Source: Aplysia californica
Lineage: Eukaryota
Assembly (NCBI RefSeq): GCF_000002075.1
Contig: NW_004797536.1
Span: 909,178-973,177 of the forward strand
DNA length: 64,000 bases
Reading direction: 5' to 3'
In this document: positions 12,725 through 24,400 of the stretch, one piece after another
How positions within the stretch are numbered: position 1 is the stretch's first letter
Layout: the number at the start of each line of letters is the position of its first letter
Made by a program: the position numbers and the translations under genes
The notes under the pieces: generated by a model
The model's database searches: none
Told to the model about the DNA's origin: nothing
What the model saw: only the letters and a program-made list of their open reading frames with translations

Positions 12725-13065
12725 ACGTTAGAGAACGTAGACACTTCCCATAAAATAGTGTTCTTCATTGTGACAAAAGACAAAAGAAGTTTCCAACCTA
12801 CTGTCTCACTGTCTGATCTGAAAAGAAAACTGTGGAGTAAAAAAAGATTTTTTGTATATTAAGCATTTTTTTTTTTCATTTTTAGCGAAGTGCTTGATAA
12901 TGCTCAAATTTTATGTATGTTAAAAAATAGGTCAAACAAGATGGCTGTTACTATAAATATCGGCCAATGGCGTACTCCTAACGTTCTCTAACTATCTGCT
13001 TGGTTTTTTTTTACTCCTTTCTCAAAATAATTTTCACAATATAGGAAGAACCTCTACCCAACTAG

Positions 13066-13112
<47 letters not shown>

Positions 13113-14844
13113 ATATTTGTGCTTCCTAGGCTTCCGCTTGTTTCTATTTTTAGTTTTTTTTAAAGTTCCAGAAAACACCCTTCCCTCATCGCTGTATAAT
13201 TTTTGCCTTGAAGAAGAAAAATCGGTAGGCCTGCCTCACCTGTCATTAAGGTTGGCCTACTTTCTTATACACGCCTTTTTTCTTGCTTCAAAATATTCAT
13301 CAGTTAGACTCGTTCCAGGCCAAGCCAAAATACCAGCTTCATAAGCAGAATCACCATTAACAGAGTAACTGTCTTTCACATTTCAGTTCAATCTTGTTTG
13401 ATTTTATCATTTTCATCATGCGTCGAAATCCTAGACCGGTCAGAAACAAACTAGCAGAAATTTAAACTTAGACTAGACTACTGAACTGTGCAATGTTAGG
13501 AGCTAAGTGTGTGAGAAAGGAAGAGTGTGTGCATGTATGTGTATACATGTGAGTGGGGCACAATAAGCTGAATAAGAACCTAGTTAATACTGTTGAAGAT
13601 ATCTGTCCCCTGTCGAAGTTGCCCACGTCCGTTGTCACAAGCCCTGTCGAAGTTGCCGATGTGGGGGTCGAATTTGCACCAACCTCTGTCGCAATTGCCC
13701 CAAGCGAGCGTATGCCACAAAATTGCGATTGGTTGAAAATTCGGAATGCAAATAGAGTAAAGAACATGATAATAATTGAGAAGTAGAATGGCTGCTTTGC
13801 AACACTAGGAGACCAGGATTCAAGATGGTCTGCGTTCTTTCATGAAGGCGGGAGCAGTATCGGTTACTTTTACAGCTCCACATGAACCTGTTGAAGTTGC
13901 CCAAACCTGTACCCTATAGAGTGGCATTCCGACGCTGGCAGACCGGTTGCATTATAAGTTATAATTATATTATAAATCACTGCTGTTGTTGTGATGTGGA
14001 AGGGGTCTTGTATAAAACTTACTAACTCTTAAATTTTAGCTTTTTAATTTAATAGCTTTTATTGGCTACTCTATTTTTTCTTTGACTTTGGTTAGTAGTT
14101 GAATATGAGAATAACGCTAACAAGTTAAATCATTTTTCTTGATTGGTTACATATTGTTGCTGTCACAAGCAATCCATTTACACCCAATTTTTGAGAGTTT
14201 TTTAAGATGATTTTTGCACCCTCCAAAAGCTCTATTCCCAGGTCAGATGCGCCTTTCAATGTCACCAAAATGTAGTTTAGTTTTTTTTAATGCTGGCTGT
14301 GGTCAAAACCGAGGCTATCAATTTTCTTGCTTTTCATTATTTTCGATGACTCCTGATAAGGACAACACCCAAGCACCCGATTTATATAATATATAATTGT
14401 AGCCTTTTTCTTGTTCATCTCTATACGTTTACACAAATGTATCAAATTGGCTTTATATTTATCGCAAATCAATAGTTTAAAAAATATTTTCCCCATAATT
14501 GTGTCATGTTTTGCCTTCAGGTTTGAATTTTACTTGAAAATAACTGATTCACTACAGTTTTTTTTAGCCATGTGATCTGCAGCAAAAGTTATTGCAGCCT
14601 GACCCTCAGAGCAGTGCATCTGTGTGCAGGAGTGAAAGTAAAAATTTACCCAACAATGACTAGTTGTTTGTTTTTTTGGTCTCTTGTGTAAAATTAAAAA
14701 ATGTACCCATTTACGGATTTGAGTGGATTGGTTGCGATACCAATGATAAAATGTGTTTTTTAGGGGAGGGGAGGCTTAAGATCTTTCTGTGAGTTCTTTT
14801 TTTTTTTTTTTTTTCATTTTTCTTTGGTGTATTCTTTTGCTAGG

Positions 14845-17800
14845 ATGGAAAGTCAAGAAACGGACACAGATTCCTTGGTGCAAATGGATGCGGTGGAAGA
14901 CGCAGACGAGAATGAACTCCTTGGTGGAGTTGGGGAGGAGGAACAACAAGAGGAGGGTGGGTCAAACGATGTGGATGAGACGGCAGAGGACCTCATGACA
15001 GACATGAAACTGGAGGACGAGATTGATGAAGCCAGGAACATAGAACCGGGTAAGTAATAATACATAATTTTCATGTGAAACATGCTGACAAAATTGTTTA
15101 CTTCTCGGATTCGAGCTCTTTGGAAATAGATACATCACACTTATAGGTGATTTTTTTACAATTTATTATGAAATTGTAAAAGGCATGTCATACTTAAGGA
15201 GTATTATACATGTATATATGGCATCTATAGAAAATCTACAAATTTGACCCTTGTGTCGATTTTTGGCCAATATCTCCAGTTGTGGATTGTGAGAAGTAAC
15301 TCATTTTGTTCGCATGCCTCATATACTGATAATCAAAAGAAAGGTACCACTTTTGATTGCATAAAATATCTGGATTTTGAGTCTCTACACTTTTTCTTTC
15401 ACAATACCAAGTGGTCTAAAATGTAGGCTATGTTGTTATGAAAATGACATTTTTGTGCTTCAATTAATATTCACAGCGCCAGCATCAAAAATAGAAAATT
15501 GGCTTTTTTTTCCGACTGCGTGGCATTTCTTCAATTCGTTATTTTTAAATATTAAGTTTAATTCTTTGATTATTAAAAAACTCAGTAGCATTTGATCCTT
15601 GTCTCCCACGAAAGGTGGTAGGTTTAACTTAACTTCAGAGAAATTGAGCCACTGGCATGCCCCACGCATTTCTGCTGTTGCCAAGACATTCAACATCAAC
15701 AGAAAACTGACTTTGGCTGTCCTGGCAACAACAAAAACAGGCAGAGCATGCTGATGGCTTGATTTCTCTTCATTTTAAAAATATTTGTTTGGGGGGTAAG
15801 TGTTTTACGGCGCTCGCAACTGCAGAAGGTCTCATGAGCGTGCGGGATACACCAAACATTTTCTTTTGGTAGGAAATTTAGAATTTTGCGTGGTTGGAGG
15901 CTGAAGCCTGCTATTATCGATTTTGGACCACCAAGGGATCTGTGCTATTATCGATTTTGGACCACCAAGGGATCTGTAAGGTGCGCAACTTGCACACAGG
16001 ACCTCAGAGATTTTTCACCCTTGTCCGAGAAAGCTAGGTGATCTTTCCTACCCGAAGATCAGGATGCGGTTGAAAGACAGCGGTAAAAAGGAGCCGAAGA
16101 GTAGCTGTAGAAAGGCTGTTGAAAGAGTCAGGAGCCCAGAGAAGGTGAGGGGGTCGGGGCAGAAAGAGGAGACGAAGGCAGATGGCAGAACATTGCTAGA
16201 GAGCAGGATAAGAGGTGAAAGGAGACAATTTTTTATCTCAAAATATGTCGGTCGCTACCCGGATTCGAACCCGGGACCTTTGAATAAGAGGCCAACACCT
16301 TAACCTGTAGGCCACGAGAGACCCCTCGATTTCTCTGTAGTGAAGACTGCTAATTAATTATTAAAATACAAGCCATGACGTACAGTGTAGAATAGTATTT
16401 TAATTACCAATCAACTCATTGTGGATGTCGTGGAACGGTGCTCTCTTCTATTCCTTGTAACAAATAAAATATGTCAGTGTGGATCATGGATATATATATA
16501 TAGAGAGAGAGAGAGTGCAGTCAGACATATTGGATCAGCCAGTTTAGATCATGGATGTATGAGAGAGTAGTCGGGTGTGTTGGATCAGTCAATGTGTGAC
16601 TTGATATGGATATTTGAGTGAGAGTTTAGTAGGGTCCTGTCCTGTGAAACACGCACGAGGTGGTGGAATCAGGCACTCGTCAATTTTTTGGGCATGCGGA
16701 TTTATGATATCATCTTAAAGCTTGTTCATTTGTGTTGCTTCTAATGAAAAAGTACCCGTCTATCTTGAATAGAAGTCAAGATATTTGCGATTGAAGGAGG
16801 TAGGGGTTGCCTGGTGTCAGAGATTAAATTAGAGAGAAAATGGCCGCCAAAGTGTGGTGACTTCCAAAGCTGAAGAGTCCTTAGAAACTGAAAATTTCCA
16901 TTTTTTTGTGTGTGTCTCTAGATTCTAGATCTAATCAAGATTTTTCAATAAAATCTAGGCAGATCAATAAAAATTGCCGAACCAGCGTGAAAATGTCAGT
17001 TTCTTCGATTTTAAAAATTATTTTGGTGAGAACCTGATTTCACCACGATATTCACATAATATATGATGTTGCCCAGATTTCAAGTGGACTTACTTCATCG
17101 AGGTCTACCCCTGGAGTGCGGAGGACATGACAGAGAACTTTGTGAAGGTCATCAAACTGTCGCACTTCACGCGAGTGGTCATGAAGAAGAAAAAAGTCCC
17201 CACTGAATCGCCAGATTTGCAGACTCGCCAGAGAAAGGGGTGAGTACCTTCATTTGCTTTTGCGGTTCTTGTGGCATAGTGTAAAAGTTTTTGCTGCTGA
17301 CCTTGAGGCTGTGACCTTTGGCTGAATGATGATGTATGTCACGACATGGTGGAATCAGATGCTCGTCAATTTTTGGGCAAATGGGGTTATCGGTATCATC
17401 TTAAAGCCTATTCATTTGCCTTCATTTTGATGAAAAAAAATCCATCTATGTTTGATAGAAGTGGAAATATTTGCTATTAAAGAAGGTCAGGGTCGCCTAG
17501 TTTCAGAGGTAAAATTAGCAAGAAAATGGCCTCCAAAGTTTGGTAACTTCCATTGCCTGTGAGTCATTGGAAACTGAAAATTTACATTTTTTGTGCCTTT
17601 AACCAATATTTATCAGTAAAATCCACACAAAAATGTGTTTTGAATGGACGTAAAAGGTGTTGAGCCAAAAAAAAAGAAAATTGGAAAAAAATTGCCCACC
17701 GGCCAAACAAAAATGCCTTTGATTTGATTATTTTGACAAGCGCCTGATTTCACCACGATGCCTCACGTATGTCTAATTATGCATGTATAAATTATGCTTT

Positions 17801-20800
17801 GTTTGGTTAATGAAGTCTGGGGGTCAGAATGATGTCCTGTTTGTGCTAGGAAATACAGAACATGCTGATTTATGGGATAAAATTCTTAGCTGAATATATA
17901 TCATGTCAATGTTTGGAGATGTGGGGAAAGAGAAACTTGGCAGAAAGGAATGAAGTGGACTGTATTTTAAGGCGTTTTACACATCAGACTGGTGTGAGAG
18001 GACATGACCATACAGTCATGGTTCTTTCACACCAAGTCAGTCTAAATCGTTGCCTAGCAACTAGACTATACCCCCCCGGGGCAGTGCCACCGACTCGTGT
18101 CTTTAGGCCATTCCCAAAGGGGGGACATTTCTCGTTTAAGCGCAGTAGAATTGTAAATGGGCTGATTCATGTCTCGCTTATAACTGTGCCTGATCTACAA
18201 CAGGGAACTGCTGCTTTTTCTTTCCTAATCCTTACTATTGTCATTTTCCTCTTCTTCTTTTGTATGTTTGTCACTCTCTTGTGACCTGGTATTTTCGGGG
18301 TGCCTTGATAGTTGAAGGAGACCTTGTGCTGTTGAAGCTAGAGAGGTGAGCAGAGTAAGTCTGATTCCCTGTAAAGACTTCTCTGTTGACACCCACCCCT
18401 TGGCACTCATATGACCTTATGCAGTTGCGAGCGCAGCAAAACCCTCTACTATAATAAAAATAACAAGACTATGTAGTCATGAGTCCCTCACCTTCAGTTT
18501 CAGTTGTTGCCTAGCACCAGGACTGTAGTCGTTGATCTTGCACCCCAGCTAAGTTTTAATCGGTTTGTCTAGTAACAGAACTATAATAAAGTTAGGTTCC
18601 TTCACCCCCAGTTCAGTTTTAGTTGTTGCCTAGCAACAAAGATCTGTAAGTTTCTTGTTTTGGACGTGTGAACTTCCTGTGTGTGGGTGTGTAGTGTCGA
18701 GTGTTCTGTGTACGTCCCGCAGGTGTGTGCAGATCTTCCTGGCCGATCGTCAGACTGCTAAGACTGTGATGCGCAGCATGACCTGGAAGAGCATGGCTGC
18801 CAAGGAACTCACTGTGGAGGTCACCAGACGTGACCCTGACCTTGGTGTGACGGAGTCAGGTTTGTTTCCGATTTTGTGGACATTGCTGAAGATGGAAAAA
18901 AAATTTCCATTTGGCCCTAGGATCTACTCATCCATGTCCTGCCTTCATTCCTGCGTGCTCAAAGATACCCAAAAGCTGCCATGACTTGAAAGATGGGGGG
19001 GGGGGGGGTTGTTTGTTTGGGTTTTTTTTAACCAAAGTCCCATGTACCTGTGAGTGTTTGCTACTATATGATGAATTTGTATGGATCATCCAAATGATTG
19101 ATGTATATTCAGAGTTTATGATATGTGTCTTCAGCATCATACACAAACATTAGTGTGAGGACATTATGGGCATATTTCATCCACACTGTGGCCCGTGTTG
19201 TTCTGTACAATACTGTAGAAGTTCATTATTCTGAACCGAAGAAAGACCAAAAGCCCTTCCCTCGTGCATACATTTATTTTAAAATTCAGAAGACACATGA
19301 GTGCAAACTTTGAGAAGCCATACTTTGTTCACATATCCTGAATAAATCTCTCATTCCTCTGAAAATTAATGATATGTGTGACATATTCCATTTGCTCATT
19401 ATTGTTCAATCCAGCACCGTGCGCTGTCATTTTACTTCTTTTCATGTACTTTTATTTTCAGCTTATCTGGAGGTGAATTCGTACTCTCTTTGCAAAATTC
19501 GATTCCGCGAAAAGGCTAAAGGTAAAATGTTTGTTCTGTTTGAAAAGTGTTCAGCCTATCGTTTGTTTTTATAGAACTATAGAAAGCCATTATGCTTTCT
19601 ACACCGAACAACTAGGTGAGATGCTAGCATAAAATCTTCTCTTTGTGTTGAAAGAGCTTGTGCAAAATCAAGCTATATAGTTTGTTGGCAGCGAAGCATT
19701 ACTTCTGCCATGGCAGTGAAATTTGTTAAAGAGAAGGGGTTTTTTCATTGTGGCTTGACTATGATATGATTCCTGTTTAATCCGTTTGACAAAATTGTCC
19801 CAAATTACCAGAAAATTGTTCTTTTTGTGAAAAATCTGTCCTAGGTATCTTTGATAGGAGTTGTGAAGCCTTGCAGTGTATTTCCATTGGGACTCATGTG
19901 GCAGTCATGTTTCCTTTGACCTTTCTGTTAGAGTGTCTTGTTATTGAGTTATGTCGCTGGTCAAACAGTCTTTTGACACAGTTGTGTATGGGTAGTTTAC
20001 TTGTGGAGTTTATTTAGAGCACACAGCTCAAAGCTGTGAGCCAGCCAGAGAGTTCTTTACATTTTGTCCATTTCTCGTCGAAAGCTTACATGTGAAGGCA
20101 AATGTTAAAGCTGCAAAGACCATTGTTGCTTTGCAAGCTGCTACCATGTTGCTTTTGAATATCACTTTTTTTTTTTCCCTCTTAAGAAACACCAGAAAGA
20201 CTGCATGCTTTCTCTAAAGTGTCTACTTAAAAAGATACAGTGGTGTGAATCTTTTGTATCCAGCATTGAAATGTATGCAGGTGGTTGGGAAATGTGGGAG
20301 CTGTGTGGATTGTGCGTGTGTCTTGTGATTTTGCCAAATTGTCTCAGCGTGACCTGACATATTTCAGGAGAGTTGCGGGATCGCTCAGCTAAAGTCTCAA
20401 ATCTACCCGGAGCTATCACTCTGGGGTTTCTGGAAGTGATTCTTAACCGGGCCTTCCCAGTGATTATGGGGCAAACTCGCAAAGTTTCTGAGACAAACCC
20501 GTCGCAGAAGCTTCAGGATATTGAAGGTTTTCATGGGTAAGCTGTAAACGCCTGCACAAGGGACAAGTGAAGATTTGCTGTACAAATCTTGATGGTCAGG
20601 TGAAAATTTTGTGCCTAATTATAAGAGTTCTTGAAATTGACAAGAACTCCAATGTAAAAGGTTTCTTTACAGCACTGTACCTCACATACATTATTTGAGC
20701 TTTATGGTTTTTGTACCCCCCCCACCCCTGCCCCTGCCTCTACCCCCTCCCCTTCCCAACACCCCTCATCTTCCCAACACCCCCCCCCCCCCCCCCACCC

Positions 20801-21418
20801 CCAGCCCCACCCTGACCCTGCCCACGTTCTGTGGCACTTCCCTACTTTCCCTTTATGGAAAGCAAAATTTGTTTTTATATTTGATAGGATTGCCAGGGAA
20901 TGGGAAGAAAACATCTTCCCTCTAGCAGGTCCGCCTGTGAGTAAGGAGGACACTCTTTTGTGTCTGTTAGTGCAGACTCTTTTAGTTGACAAAAAGTTTC
21001 TGGTTTTAAAAAGTCGTAACCACGGAAAACCGTTACCGTATCATTTGTTGTGTATATGATGGGAAAGATTTCACTTTTTTGGAAGATTTTGAAATCACGT
21101 TTCAACAAGCTTGTAGGATAGAGCATGAAAATATATATATATATATACTGTCGAACCTCCCATGATGGCCACCACATATTATATATACAGTATAACACGG
21201 ATGGCTCGGATTTGTCGGGACCGGCCTCGGTAGTTCGAGGGATATCTTACAAAGATAAAGAAGAAAAAAACGGGACCGCGGGCAAAGTTTGACGAATGCG
21301 TGATTTCGAGTCTTCTGTGTTCGACCTATCCGTGTTCTGCCTATCCGTGTTATACTTTATATCGTCGAACTTGTGTAAGACAGCCGCCCATTTTCAATTT
21401 CACAATGAAGCCACGCGT

Positions 21419-21453
<35 letters not shown>

Positions 21454-24400
21454 GACACACACAGTGTTCGGAAAACCTCAACTCTACCTTTCCCTGTAGG
21501 AGCCTGGACTTTGACTGTCTGACCCGCGGAAGTTGCCGAGCGTTTGTCCTGGCCCACAAAAAGGTGGTAATGAACGGGCAACAGCTTGGCTTTGAGGCCA
21601 ATGACAAGGAGACCATGGGTGAGTGAGGAGTTTGTGACTGGATCTTGTGTTGTAGCCTCAGTACTAAGTTCCCCCTCGTCAAATTACTGCAGGCAGCTCA
21701 GAAATAAGCATCCTGTGTTTGAGGAAGTGACACTTGTTTTGTGAAAGTTTCTTAGCTTATCCAAGTTTTCTATTGTAATAAAAGGATTTGCATTTCTTTA
21801 TTTTCCAATAAGAATGGACGTATTTTAAAAAAAAGGGGACTGAAAGAGAAAATCATTATGTTAAAGAAACTTGATAGAAATTCTCCAAGTTTTCTGTGAA
21901 ACAAATTAATTCTGCCGTTGTTATTGGGTTTTTTAAAACTGTACCTAAATGAGATGAATAGTGTTTGAATGTTTTACTTTTACTGCATAAATTTTGTGCC
22001 CATCTTTTACTGCATCTGAATGTTAATGAATTGTGTGTCTATCTGTTGCAGTGGTTCCCCCGTTTACTCATGGTAAGTGTTTGTGTGTGTGTGTATGTGT
22101 GTGTGTGTGTGACAGTTTGTGTCAAGTAACATATATGACAGAAATACTCTGTGAAATGAAACTTAACATATATATGACAGATACATTTGTGGAGTGAAAC
22201 TAAAATATATGACAGAAATATTCTTTGAAATGAAACTAGAATATTATAGAGTAGAGGCAATAGTCCGCGCTACCCTAAGCATAATATAAAGTCACTTTGC
22301 CGGTCCCCGGTGAGGGGGGAGGTAAACCTTCAATGACTGATGAGAAGCAAATTTCCTCTGCTGTCGTCGGCCCAGCGCTCTATGCCTGCTTTGTTTGCCT
22401 TTCTCAACAGTGGCATTTGTGTGGCAAAGTGAGGACGGGTGTGTGCGACAATCAGCGGGGATGCATGTTCCTGCTGGAGGTTGATACGTTTTATGGCGTC
22501 GGTGGCCTAGTGGTTAGGCTCTCGGACTTGCAAAGGTCGTGGGTTCGAATCCCGTCAGGGGCCCGACGTTGTGTCCTTGGGAAAGGCACTTTACACGAAT
22601 TTTCCTCACTTCACCCAGGTGGGAATGGGTACCGGGCTATAGACGGCGAAAGATCTTGTCAGTTTGTTAGTGTTTCAGCGCTTAATCAGCTGCTTGCACT
22701 GTATGCTTCCCGGGAAGCTGAGAATGTTTCGGAGTGTTCTATGGTCTGCTGGGGTAATAATATAGTTAGTGTAAAGCGCATAGAGCCTGCTGTTGAGCGG
22801 GGATATGCGCAATACAAATGCTATTTATTATTATTATTTTATTTATTATGGAGGGGCTGTGCGCTGGGATAGGGCGGGTCTTGCAACATGTCCTAACAAC
22901 TTTTGATTATGAATCTTATAGGCTAATGTATGATTTTCTAGTCACAAAGGAGGAAATATTCTTACAAATGTGAGGCAGCGTGGTGAAATCAGGCGCTCGT
23001 CAAAATAATGAAAGTGAAGAAACTGGCATTTTTCTGCAACTTTGGGAATTTTTATAGAATTTTTGTATTTTGGCTTTACACCTTTCATGCCCCTTAAAGA
23101 ACACATTTCTGTGTGGATTTTACTGAAGAACGTTGATTAAAGGAATAACATATGTAATTTTTAAGTTTCCATGCTCTCTCAAGCTAAGGAAATAACAAAA
23201 CTTTGGGACCATTTTCTCACTAATTTTGTCCTCTGAAACCAGGCCACCCCTACCTCCTTCAATCGCTGATATCTCAAATTGTATCCGTGATAAATGAATA
23301 TTTTTGCATCAAAAGCAAGGCAAATAGACAGCCTTTAAGATGACACCAATAACTCCATATGCCCAAAAATTGACGAGCGCCTGATTCCACCACAACATGT
23401 CTCAAATTACACAAGAGTTAGTTACAAGAGACACTCAATTCTTATGTATAGCCAAAAGAGAAAGAAAACTAAAAAAACTGAAGCCAACACTGACAATGTA
23501 AAAAGTAATCTGTTAAAGAGTCTAGATAACTATAAAAATCATGAATTAAATTATATAAGAACAGCAAAGTAGACCTACATGTGGATCTAAGTGCACATGG
23601 ATAAACAAAGATATTGTTTTCCCGCGATTTGTATGAAACAATTGGGATGGGGAGATTAGTCAATTCAGCAAAAGAGCTCAATGTCCATGGCATCCAGGTC
23701 TTCCTGAGTCTTGTCCTTCAGGTCCATCTGTTTGACAAAATTGGCGTGCCACCACTTGTCACAAAGCATGCTCTGGGTGTGCACTACTTGTCCTACGGTG
23801 GTGGCTCCACACCCAGCACAGTCGACTAACAATCGTCGGAGCTGTCATCATACACCGGCTCTTCTCCCGAGTCAGAGGACTCTTCCTCCTCTTTCTTCTT
23901 CTGCGAGGCCACAACCAAAGTATTCATCTTCTCCTGAATTCTCCTCTTCTTCTCCTCCTCTTCTATCTCCTTCTTTGCCTGCTCCCTTTGTTTTTTCTTC
24001 TATTTTTGGCGTTCCTTCTTGTCTTCAGCATGTGCTAGCTCTTCCATTTTTCTCTGCTCCCTTTGCTTCTTTCTCTCTCTCTTCCTTCAGTTGTTATTCT
24101 TCTTCCGCCTTCCTCTTCTTTGTGAGTATCATCTCTTTCTAGTCATTTCCAATGATGGATGGAGGCACAGGTGGCTGAGGTCTTTTAACAGCCTTCTTCT
24201 TTGAACATGACGGCAATGTGAGCATCTTGTCAATGGTCATCTGCCTGGAGGGGGTCTGAGGTTTCAGGGCTCTTGTTGATGGCTGGGGGAGCGGAGGAGC
24301 CAGTTGTTCAATAGTGTCCGTCAGACTGGACCACATGTAGTCTGGGTCGATCTTGAGGTACAGGTCCACCTTCTCCCAAAGCTTAAAGTTCACGGAGAAT

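Noticed and set aside
22496-22565. tRNA genes here and at ~4190-4235 and ~16255-16325
   Set aside because: SINE heads: no complete cloverleaf and each continues into a SINE body.
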